From Andalucia godoyi And28 (taxonomy: Eukaryota; Protista; Jakobida): a DNA stretch of 64,000 bases. The notes under the pieces are model-generated. The model was not told the DNA's origin. It made no database searches and worked only from the letters and a program-made list of their open reading frames with translations. Where the stretch lies: the NCBI GenBank assembly GCA_009859145.1, contig VRVR01000002.1, positions 62,001 through 126,000 of the forward strand, read 5' to 3'. Positions 8,202 to 18,144 of the stretch are shown in pieces; within the stretch, counting starts at the first letter, position 1; each line of letters opens with the position of its first letter. The translations under genes and the position numbers were made by a program.

Positions 8202-11200
8202 ATGGAGGGTAGTAATAAATTAGAGTCTGGTCAAGAGCTGGGTGTCGAGCATCTGTTTTCAGGTCTGAACGAGACGTCCATCGAGACCGTTTCGTCTGTT
8301 TTAAAAGACTTTCGTCGATTGCTTGAATTGTCGACTCCTTCTCAACCATGCTCGTTGCTTCGCGAGTATCTGTCGCGATCTCCTGCTGCTGCAGAAATCA
8401 TGTCTGTCTGGGACACACTTGCGGAAAACAGCCAGACGAATATGGTTATTGAGTGTGTCCGAGTACTGTCGCTCATGCTGACGTGTCTTTCGCGCGATCC
8501 ATCCTCTGGAAACGCAGAACTCCTTGCAAAAGAAGTATGTATTTCAATTTCAGCATGAAGTTGTATTTGCTTTGTTGTGCTCGCATTGCTGTTTTTGTTG
8601 GATGAGTTGGAATGATGTATTACCATTCTCGATCTCTTGATCATACCGTGATAGCGATCTAATTTGTCACTACTACTGACAACCTTCCACACTGCACACG
8701 CTGCTGTTTTTTCCGTTTTTTCTTCTTCTTGGGTTCCCTTTTTAAAAATCAACTAACTGGTTCATATTGGAAAATGCAAAAAACAACGATAGATTCTTGT
8801 AACGAAAAGGAAAACGCTGACAAGAACGCTGGGAATGTCTCATACGACATTGTCTGCAATGTGTCTTCGACTGTTGACGAGACTACACTTCGCCAATCCC
8901 AAACTTATTTCAAATACGAATGCACTTCCGTTCCCCACGTCAAATCGGATTGCATGGCTTTCGAACAATGCAAAAATGGAATGGATTGCCTTGTTTTCGT
9001 CCGTGTTGATGCTATCACGTGACCGAAATCTTGTGCGAAACTACATTTCGCAGCGACAGGAATTCTGGGTGTCGTCGCTTCATTTTATCACAAGAAATGC
9101 AGATGTTCCCGACTCAGTTCGAATGCTGCTGGTGGATGCTTTACAAGACTGTGCGGTCGGAGTCATGACATCGGTTGTGGGGAAATCCGCGTTGTTGGCA
9201 GTCGATAAGCTGTTAACCCCACTGCTTCGTGAACGACTTGTCGACGAGTCGTCGTCGATTTACAGGTCCAAGATCATCATTCCCATCTTGACAAAACTGT
9301 CAAAGGAGTTGCGGCTAGCCTGGGTTCGTAAGTTTTCAGACGTCGGCACTTGGTACTTTCTGCATGCCAGAACCTTGGAGGACGACGTTCTGTCTGCAGC
9401 GGCTTCTGTGTCGTTCAACGCCGAATACGTCCTTCCACCGCAAATCAAAGCGGAGTGGTTGGTTGTCTCCCCGAATTGTGAAACACCAGTTCTGGAGCAG
9501 AAGGTTTGCCTCGTCGCTTCGCTCGTTCGCCGGGTATTCAAATCTCAAAATTCAGAACAGGAGCGCCAGTTCATGCGCTTGATCGATGGAAATCAATGGT
9601 GCGGTGCCCAACTGGAATCAACTGTTCATCTCGAAGCGGATATCGACAGCATCGAACAGTATGTGTTGATCCGCTCGTTCTTGTTCCGTTTCGGATTCCC
9701 GAAGCCACGCGTTCATGCGGATTTACCCGTCGCTGTCCTCGCAAATCACATTCGGGACTTTCAAATTTCGGTCACTGACGATCCGCACTTTACCATGGTG
9801 CTGCTAGCTCGAAAAGCATGGCAGCTGCTTCGACCCATGATTGAAAACAATCGATTGTTCTTGGAGTCAGAGAAGCAAGAGATGGATACATTGTTCTTTT
9901 TGCCATCGCACTCGTTTTATACATTCATTCGGATTGCCGAACAGAAAAAGCTCAAGTTTGCACGCGAGCGAGTGCATCCTCTTCTCAGTGGCGTTGTTAC
10001 CGCAATTTTGTGGGCAGTGGTCAACGACCCCGACGCCAAGGGCATTGATGTTGGTGCGTATCTGATGGCCGTCGAAGCCTACTCCCAGCACCGCAACATT
10101 CCTTGGAAGGCTCCAGCAGACCTGACTGCTTTGCTGTCTTCGGAACAGACCGACGTCATTCGCGCCACGGGCGGAATGATGCAGGACGTAGTGGTAGGCA
10201 GTCGGAAAGTTTCCATTTCCAAACGCAAAGAGCAGGATGCGAGCAAGAAACTGAAGAAGTTGTTTGAGGACTCGGGAATCGAAAGCAAATCGATTTCGAA
10301 CGCTCTCAAGGAGGATTTGGAAAATCTGCTGTTCGGACAGTTTGCAAAGGACGCCGTGGAGATCAAACGGTTGAATGACTACGTCGCGTGTCGCTCCTTG
10401 TTCTCTCCATTTTCTGGTCGAGTGGGATGCATCCTGTGGAAGTCTCTCTCAGAGTCGCAACTTGGCAGCTGGCAGTGGTTGTCTTTTTCCGTTGGAAAGG
10501 TCTTTCTTGTGAAATCCAAGGAGTACAAGAATGTTGTGGACACCGAAGGAGTGCAAGTGGCTGTCCACTCAGAAGTGGCGACCTGTGTTTCTGCATTTTC
10601 GTCTTTGCAGAATATTACTCCGGATCAAGTCGCGTCACACGATCTCGTGACGGGATATTGGATTGCGTTGCTGGAATGGGAATGCTTCCAGCAAACGTCG
10701 ACCTACTCCGAATGGCTTTCCTCTGGGCTGCTCTCGGTTGTCGTGCATGCGCTTTCATCGACACAACATCACGCGGACGCTCGCCGCGTGCTGTCTGTTG
10801 TTTATCACCGTCTTGTGGATTCTCCAGACGCACACGCACAACTGCTGTGCGATGTCATTCGTCTCGCTTGCTCATCCGAGAAGGTTTCCGTTCCAAATGC
10901 GGCATTCTGTGCATTGGCAATTCGCTTATTGAACGACATCGTCAAAGAAGACTTTGTAAAAGTCTGGGCATTTATCCAAGGACGCATCGTGCACGGCGAA
11001 GAAGCGCATCTTGCGGATGATGATGTTCCGATGCTGTATGATTTGCTGCATGATTACCCGACCCCTGCCATGACTGTGCAGGTTGCCGAGTATTTTTGCA
11101 GGCTCCTCCACTCCCCAACAGACGTGGAGTCTTCTGATCTCAAAACTCTCCACAAGCGGCACGTTGTCAGCAAAGTGCTACAAATCCTTCCGTTGCGTTG

Positions 11201-11822
11201 CCATTCACACTCACGATGCCTGCTGATCCGTGCATTCTGTGCTTGTGCAGATCGCGCTGTAATTGGAAATATTGTCTGGACTCGCTCTTCCTTTCTCGCA
11301 TTTTGGGGAATACTGTCGCAAACGGAGTCTTTGCGCGATGACGAGACAGGACTGATCCTTGAGGCGTTTTCCAGAGTCTCTCCTTCTACATCAGCGTTGC
11401 TGGCGCTCACAGAAATTCTGCTTTCGCGCGGATCTCCGACGACACCCCTCGGCGGGAGGGTCCTTCACGCCCAGATATGCAAAGCATCCGTTGACGATGT
11501 CGACACATGGTTTCGCTGCACGTGGCCTCGTTTGTCGGGTAGTGTGAAGATTCCCGATTGGTTCTTGGCTTCCGTGTGTGCAGCGATGTCCAAAGGTACT
11601 GCTGCAGCGCGCCTGCGCGACAATGAGGGATTCTTGCGTCGTGTCTGGAGCGATGTTCGTGATTCTGATGGCTGGCTTGTTGCGGCAGCCTGGACCTTGA
11701 GTACCTCCAAGGCTTCGCTTCAACACTTTTTCGATGTCGAGAGCATTGTCAAGTCCGTGGAAGGTCTTGCAAAGGGTCTCAAGTGGGCCTGTACGCAGCA
11801 GCAGCATTCCATCACCGAGTAA
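8202..11822 (+). CDS. URB1: URB1/Npa1-like nucleolar pre-60S assembly protein, join(8202..8534,8793..11822)
   Basis: N-terminal LLREYLSRSPAAAEIMSVW and AMCLRLLT (Npa1-like); C-terminal WLSSGLLSVVVHALSST (NopRA1-like). The phase-0 intron 8535-8792 (GTATGT...ACTAAC...TAG) joins in frame. Confidence 0.65.
8606..8683 (+). ncRNA. Intronic box C/D snoRNA; predicted guide for 18S rRNA 2'-O-methylation at the human Am512-equivalent (SNORD70-like target)
   Basis: Terminal stem GTTG(8606-09)/CAAC(8680-83), box C ATGATGT (8612-18), C'-like GTGATAG and box D CTGA (8676-79). Guide TTGTCACTAC (8664-73) is complementary to the conserved 18S GUAGUGACAA; the D+5 base pairs with the A of GUAG. Confidence 0.7.
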
Positions 11823-12146
11823 CACGCGTCTCGTCTTCCGCTTCTTCCTCTTCTCTTTTTTTTTTCTTTTTTTTTTGTGGGCATTTCTTTAAATTATATT
11901 TCTTTCCCCTTCTTTCTCTCCCCCACCCTCCCTCCGTTTCCATCTCCATCCTCTTCCTCCTCTTTGGCGTTGTATTACCGTAATATAATTTATTTCTGTA
12001 CAGACACACTCCAGATTATGATCCGCTTGTAGTGGGTTTTCTTGATTAATTTTTTTTTGTTTTCAACACTTCTCTTTTTATTTTTGTGGCTTTTACCTTT
12101 CTCCGAGCCTATTTTATTCAAATCACTAATGAAACCAACCCTCCCA

Positions 12147-13151
12147 CTAATCGTCCTCGTCTTCATCCGTGTCGGAGAAATCCCCAGACATGTCGTCTTC
12201 ATCCTCCTCGTCCTGCAGAATTTGCTTTGCCCTTTCCACACGTGCTTTCAAGAACTTTTCATAGCACGCAACTCGTGATTCTTGCAAATCCGTCTTGTCC
12301 ACTGCATCCAACAACGCCTGTGCGGCTCCTACATTCTCTTTTTGATAGTGTCGACGAACTGTGTCAAGCAACTTGTCTCCAAACTGCACAAGCGATTCCG
12401 GATTCTCCTTGAATCCCATTTTCACTCGATCCAACCTGAGAATCGCATTCACCTTGTCGATATCTTTCGAGGCCATAAGCTGGTCCTTCACTTCCTCGAG
12501 CAGCACCAAAACTAACTTTATGAGCGCCTTTCGACCGTGCTCCAAGATCAACTCAAACAACTCGTAGCAGTTCTTCAGCGGCAAAATATGCACTGCAAGC
12601 CCGGTTCCGTACTTTTGGAACCACACTTCCGGAACCATGGTAAACCGCATGAGCGTGCTGTACAACTCTGCGTCTCCCGCCTTGAGAATCTCAAACATGA
12701 CGTACCCATCCGTCGCATCTCGCAATGCCTGTGCACACCACACGTCCTTCATCAGATTATCGTCCGACGAAAGATGGTCAAGCACCGCAACCACTGCATC
12801 CACGGAGTCCAGAACCAGCAGCAACGACGACGCAATATATGACAACCCTTGGTGATAATCGCCGTGTTTTTTCTTGTGACGCGAAAGAATCCCCGCTAGC
12901 AGATTCCGGCGCCCAACTTCCCGAAATGTGCGCTCGGCATCCATTTCAAAAATCCGTTCGAATTCAGAAGGCGCAGGAAGATCAACAGTCCCCATAACGG
13001 ACGCCACAGAAGGAACCCGCGCCAGAATGCGGTCGCCAATCTGCCTCGTCAGCTCTGCATTTTCCGGTTCCGAAAGCGAAAATGAACTCTCAATAAGCGG
13101 AATCACCGGATGCTCGTTCTCCGTCTTCCAAAACGATGGATCTCTAAACAT
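12147..13151 (-). CDS. TBC-domain Rab GTPase-activating protein (small, acidic tail)
   Basis: Arg finger FEMDAERTF and Gln finger YHQGLSYIAS; W-F-Y motif VWFQKYG. Confidence 0.8.
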   Translation of the reverse strand: MFRDPSFWKTENEHPVIPLIESSFSLSEPENAELTRQIGDRILARVPSVASVMGTVDLPAPSEFERIFEMDAERTFREVGRRNLLAGILSRHKKKHGDYHQGLSYIASSLLLVLDSVDAVVAVLDHLSSDDNLMKDVWCAQALRDATDGYVMFEILKAGDAELYSTLMRFTMVPEVWFQKYGTGLAVHILPLKNCYELFELILEHGRKALIKLVLVLLEEVKDQLMASKDIDKVNAILRLDRVKMGFKENPESLVQFGDKLLDTVRRHYQKENVGAAQALLDAVDKTDLQESRVACYEKFLKARVERAKQILQDEEDEDDMSGDFSDTDEDEDD

Positions 13152-13702
13152 TCCCAATCAAATCCAAAAAAAACACTCGTACGGAGAATGCCAAACGTTT
13201 TAAAAATCATAATCACAACATTCTCAACAACCATGAAACCACAGCAGTCATTTGAAATACAGCAACAACAACACCACTTTGCAGCGAACGGCGAAATCTC
13301 CGAAGATGAGAGGAGAGAGAAAAAACGCTTGCATCAAAGCATCAATGTCTGCATTTTTATTTCGCACTGTAGTGTAGCATCAAGCAAGAATGATGCTGCT
13401 GTTGATGCACCCCGCAGCAGCATCAACGCCAACAATCAAACCGTTTGTTTTTGTATTTTGATGAAAAAGAAATCCTTTCTTTGGTCCGTGTTTCCTCATT
13501 CATCCTTCTCTTTCCAAATCACAGGTTTTCTTTAATGTTTAAAACCTTGTTTTTCCTTTTTCCTTGCTTTCAACAACGACAACGACTGCTGCTTCTTCTT
13601 TTCCCTCTCCCCTATTATTTTTTAATATTTAAATATTCTCGTTGACTCGAGACATCCAAAGAAAAGAAAAGAAAAAAAGAAAAACAAAAAGTAGTGGTAG
13701 TG

Positions 13703-16357
13703 ATGGAGGACAATCCGAAGAAGGACAAGAAGGATACCCTCGAAGATCTTGCGCTGTCTTCAAATGCGTTTGAGGCATTGGAGCGTGACTTTCAGGAGGT
13801 TCTTGCGGAGCTTGCGGGCGATGAGTCGCTTGAACGTTTCCGCGTCGAGTATGAAAAGCTACATCGAGCTCTGCGCAAGTCGTACGAGTCTGAGAAGCGA
13901 CTGATTAAGAAGTGCCAGGAATTGAATGCGGAAATCGTGGCAAACTCTGCAAAGGTGCAGACTGCGCTTCGTCTTTCTCAGGAGGATCAGAATACAATTG
14001 CGTCGCTGAAAAAGGAGATTGAAAAAGCCTGGAAAATGGTCGATGCATCGCACGAGAAGGAGGCGAGAGCAAAGGAGACCATTCAGCAACTCAAACTTGA
14101 AATAGCAAATCTGAGCAAGCTTGTGGAACAAGGTGCTGGACTGACCGTCGGTCAGGAGAATACAGTGAACGAGCTTCTGAAGGTCAAGGATGAGCTGACA
14201 AAGGAACGAGATGCACAGGCAACGCAGATTGTTGGGTTACACAATGAAATCTCTTCGTTGATGGACAAGATGAAGGAGCTGGAGTCGCAAAAGGCCGGCT
14301 TGGTCGAAGAACTGCAAAGGACAAGAACCGAAGTCCAGGATAAGAAGGGCGATTTTGAGCGTGAACAACGAAAGAAGGAGCGTCTGGAAAAAGAGCTCAA
14401 GGAATTGAAGGAAAAACTGCAGGCACGTCAAAAGGAGATCGAAGACCGCAAACAGGAGCTCGACAAGCACACGGATCACATCGGAAGGCTTGAGTCTAAG
14501 CTTGCGGAGCAGAAGCTGCAGACAGAGCGTGCAATCAAGGAGTACGAGGAACTGGAACTGAAGCACCAGAAGCTGCAGCATCAGCTGGAGGAATCCATTG
14601 AATCCAACGCTCGATTGAATGCGGAGATCATGCAGAGAAAGTATGAGCTGAACGCAAAGGACGAAGAAATCGGAAAGGTCAAGAACGAGCAGAATAAGAT
14701 GGCGAAGATGCACGATGCTCTTTCCAAGAAGATCAAGACTCTTGAGGAACAAAAGACGGAAGTGGAGCGGTCAAAGGACGATCTTCGTGGACAAATTGCT
14801 CAGTTGGAGCGGGACATCGATGCCTTCCGGCGCGAATCCGAGTTTGACAAGAAGAATATTGAGGATCTTACTCGCGAGCGGGACATTCTCAACAAGAACT
14901 TTTTGCAGTCGACTCGCAACACGTCGAAGCAGATTGATCTCGTCAAGGTTTCTGAAAACGCGCTCAAGAACTACGAGAGGGAAATGGCTGGATACCGAAC
15001 AGACATTGAAGCTCAGCGAAAGCAGATTTATCAGCTGGAGAAGGAGCGTGAAAAGTACTCGAATGAGGCTAGTGACTCGCAATCCAAGTACATGCAAGCC
15101 CTCGAAGAAATCAAGGTTCGTGAAATCACGATTGTGGATTTCCAAAAGAAGATCACGGATGCAGAGGCGAAGCTCAAGCAGCAGCAGCAGTTGTATGAGG
15201 CTGTTCGTGCAGATAGAAATGTATACTCCAAGAATCTGATCGAGGCGCAGGATGAGATTGCAGAGATGAAGCGAAAGTTCAAGATCATGAACCATCAGAT
15301 TGAGCAGCTCAAGGAGGAGATTTCTTCCAAGGAGAAGGCTCTTGTAGAGGAAGTCGTGTCTGCCAAGAAGCTAGACAAGGAGAGGCAGGCGATCAAGAAC
15401 GACGTGGAGCGTCTGCGAAAGGAGATTGCGCAGGCAGATGCCCTCATTAAGCAACAGGACGCCGATATCCAGAAGCTCAATCGCATCATTTCTGAAGCCG
15501 ACTCGGAGCGCATGCGTCAGAAGAAGGAGTATGACATGGTGATCAATGAGCGCGATATCTTGGGAACTCAGCTCATCCGAAGAAACGACGAGCTTGCTTT
15601 GCTGTACGAAAAGATTCGCATTCAGCAGTCTGCACTCAACAAGGGAGAAATGCAATACCGAGATCGTCTCGAGGACATCCGGCTGCTCAAGCTCAAGATC
15701 AAGGAGCTTAAGCGCGAACTGCATGTTCACAAGAACACAGTTTCAAACGTCGATGCTCTTCGTAAGGAAATCAACCACTTGCAAAAGGACTTGCTGCAAG
15801 AACGGCTCAAAGTCAAGGCGCTTTCCGAGGAACTTGAGAACCCTATGAACGTTCACCGCTGGAGAAAACTGGAAGGTTCCGATCCCAACACTTATGAGAT
15901 GATTCAGAAGATTCAGACGCTTCAGAAGCGCTTGATTGCAAAGACCGAACAGGTCGTCGAGAAGGATCTTATCATCCAGGAAAAGGAAAAACTGTATGTC
16001 GAGCTCAAAGCAATTTTGGCTCGCCAACCCGGGCCGGAAGTGTCGGAGCAGCTAAATGTGTATGCGCAGAACTTGCGAGAGAAGAACTCTCAGCTCAAGG
16101 CCATGGCAGGTGAACTCAATATGTACCAAGCACAGGTCAATGAGTACAAGTACGAAATCGAGAGGCTGACTCGAGAGCTTCAGGAAATCAAGAAGAAGTA
16201 TTTTGAGCAGAAGCGAAAGGAACAGATGCGAAGCCAGCTTCCTTCTGGAGCGCCGGGAACCGGAGACGACTTCCGTGTGGTTGCACCCCCAGGCCAAACA
16301 CGCTTCACAGGAGGCGGATTTGCTTTGTCGAGTGTTTCTGCAACTGGTTCGCCATAA
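13703..16357 (+). CDS. CFAP58: Cilia- and flagella-associated protein 58 (long coiled coil)
   Basis: AFEALERDFQEVL, RFRVEYEKLHRAL, LYEAVRADRNVYSKNLIEAQDEI, ERDILGTQLIRRNDELALLYEKI, PMNVHRWRKLEGSDP and RFTGGGF. Confidence 0.92.
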   Translation: MEDNPKKDKKDTLEDLALSSNAFEALERDFQEVLAELAGDESLERFRVEYEKLHRALRKSYESEKRLIKKCQELNAEIVANSAKVQTALRLSQEDQNTIASLKKEIEKAWKMVDASHEKEARAKETIQQLKLEIANLSKLVEQGAGLTVGQENTVNELLKVKDELTKERDAQATQIVGLHNEISSLMDKMKELESQKAGLVEELQRTRTEVQDKKGDFEREQRKKERLEKELKELKEKLQARQKEIEDRKQELDKHTDHIGRLESKLAEQKLQTERAIKEYEELELKHQKLQHQLEESIESNARLNAEIMQRKYELNAKDEEIGKVKNEQNKMAKMHDALSKKIKTLEEQKTEVERSKDDLRGQIAQLERDIDAFRRESEFDKKNIEDLTRERDILNKNFLQSTRNTSKQIDLVKVSENALKNYEREMAGYRTDIEAQRKQIYQLEKEREKYSNEASDSQSKYMQALEEIKVREITIVDFQKKITDAEAKLKQQQQLYEAVRADRNVYSKNLIEAQDEIAEMKRKFKIMNHQIEQLKEEISSKEKALVEEVVSAKKLDKERQAIKNDVERLRKEIAQADALIKQQDADIQKLNRIISEADSERMRQKKEYDMVINERDILGTQLIRRNDELALLYEKIRIQQSALNKGEMQYRDRLEDIRLLKLKIKELKRELHVHKNTVSNVDALRKEINHLQKDLLQERLKVKALSEELENPMNVHRWRKLEGSDPNTYEMIQKIQTLQKRLIAKTEQVVEKDLIIQEKEKLYVELKAILARQPGPEVSEQLNVYAQNLREKNSQLKAMAGELNMYQAQVNEYKYEIERLTRELQEIKKKYFEQKRKEQMRSQLPSGAPGTGDDFRVVAPPGQTRFTGGGFALSSVSATGSP

Positions 16358-16544
16358 CCGATTTGTTGTAGCACTCGTCGCGTCGTGTGTTGCTTGTTTA
16401 TTTTTCTGTAAGTACTTGTATCTCCTCTCTCCCTCCCCTTTTCTTATATAATTATTAGTATATAATGTTAATGTCGATTGCCGTTTCATGTTTTCATTTC
16501 AGTCTCGCACCGCCCATATTGCTCTGACTGCTGAGTGGCTGTCT

Positions 16545-16684
<140 letters not shown>

Positions 16685-16870
16685 GAAGACAATTCTGCAC
16701 AGCGAATCGCCAACGGACGTAATCCTGCAAAAAACAAAAAGATGCGGAAGCCATAAGCGAACTGGTTTCATTTCTCCATAAGCCAGCGCTTGTTTTCAGT
16801 GTTGCGAGAGAACATCAGAACGAACGAACGATAAAGTAAAGAACCGACAGCAACGAGCTTGGGACAGAGG

Positions 16871-18046
16871 ATGCAGAGATACTATGCCGTTCTTCATTAT
16901 GTAGGAAACAACTTTTGCGGTTCTCAGCGCCAAAAAGTCGGTACAAAGACTGTGCAGTCCGTGTTGGAGCAGGTTTTGGAAGAGTTTGCGCACACAAAGA
17001 CTCCTGCAACGTTTGCGGGCCGCACGGATTCTGGAGTCCATTCGCTTGGAATGGTTGTGCATTTTGATATTGAAAAGAAGCACAAGAGAACAGGGATTGT
17101 CGACGATCCATATCCAGCGCATGTTGTGTTGAAGGCGCTGAACTCGGGGCTGCATCGGTTCGCTGGAATCTTGGTGACGGAGGTGCGGAAGGTTCCGAAG
17201 TCATTCCATGCACGCTACTCAGCATGCAAGAGGACGTACGTATACTGCATTCGAGATGCGAACTTCACCCAGCCCGTTGGATCGGCTGGAGAGTCGTTCC
17301 GCGAGGATCCAAACGGAGACACGCGGGCGTTTTGGGGTTTGCACACCCCTGGCAAGTTCCGCATGCTTTCTCCGCCCTTCGAAGTGTACAGATCATGGCC
17401 GGTGGACCAATGCTTGAATGTGGAGAAAATGCAGGAGGCAGCTAGCATCCTGCGCGGTAGACACGATTTCACGTCGTTCCGTGCCGCATCGTGCTCCGCC
17501 AAGTCTCCGGTTCGCACTATCTTCGATATTCAAGTGTACGTTGATCCGCACGGCAATGACATTTCAGTGCTCCAGTACGTTCCTTCTCGACAGATTTGCA
17601 TCCAGTTTTCGGCACAGGCATTTTTGTACCACCAGATTCGGCTGATGGTTGGTACGTTGGTGGAAGTTGGAAAGGGAAAACTGACGCCGGACGACATCGT
17701 CCGAATTCTCGAGGGCAAGAACAGGAAGCTTGTGCCGCCCATGGCGCCCGCGGAGGGCCTTTTTTACGTCGACACTGAATATCCTGCAGCAGCCTTCGAG
17801 CCGCTGCCAAACGGGAAGTTCTACCGACATTTGGGAAACGAAGTGTATAAACAGGGCGGCTCTGCGGATGCCGAAGGCGTCGCAGACGATGAGTTTGAGG
17901 ACGAAGAAGGCGGCGACGACATCGACGGCGGCGCTGATGGCGATCGTGATGGCGAGGTTGTCGTTCAAGGAAATACTGTGGTCAACACGATTGTCGAGCC
18001 GGAGCCTGACGTGCCACCCCCTCAAAAGATGGCACGAACGCAATGA
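16871..18046 (+). CDS. truA: tRNA pseudouridine synthase, TruA family, with acidic C-terminal tail
   Basis: HYVGNNFCGSQRQ, catalytic AGRTDSGVHSLG, FHARYSA, GRHDFTSF, AFLYHQIRLMVG and MAPAEGL. Confidence 0.92.
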   Translation: MQRYYAVLHYVGNNFCGSQRQKVGTKTVQSVLEQVLEEFAHTKTPATFAGRTDSGVHSLGMVVHFDIEKKHKRTGIVDDPYPAHVVLKALNSGLHRFAGILVTEVRKVPKSFHARYSACKRTYVYCIRDANFTQPVGSAGESFREDPNGDTRAFWGLHTPGKFRMLSPPFEVYRSWPVDQCLNVEKMQEAASILRGRHDFTSFRAASCSAKSPVRTIFDIQVYVDPHGNDISVLQYVPSRQICIQFSAQAFLYHQIRLMVGTLVEVGKGKLTPDDIVRILEGKNRKLVPPMAPAEGLFYVDTEYPAAAFEPLPNGKFYRHLGNEVYKQGGSADAEGVADDEFEDEEGGDDIDGGADGDRDGEVVVQGNTVVNTIVEPEPDVPPPQKMARTQ

Positions 18047-18144
18047 GAAAATAGTCCCGTCAAGTGTCACAGGAGGAGGGGGAAAACCCCGTCGCCACGA
18101 ATCAAGAATGGGAATCGGACTGGCTGGAGGTGCTTGTGGTCGTT

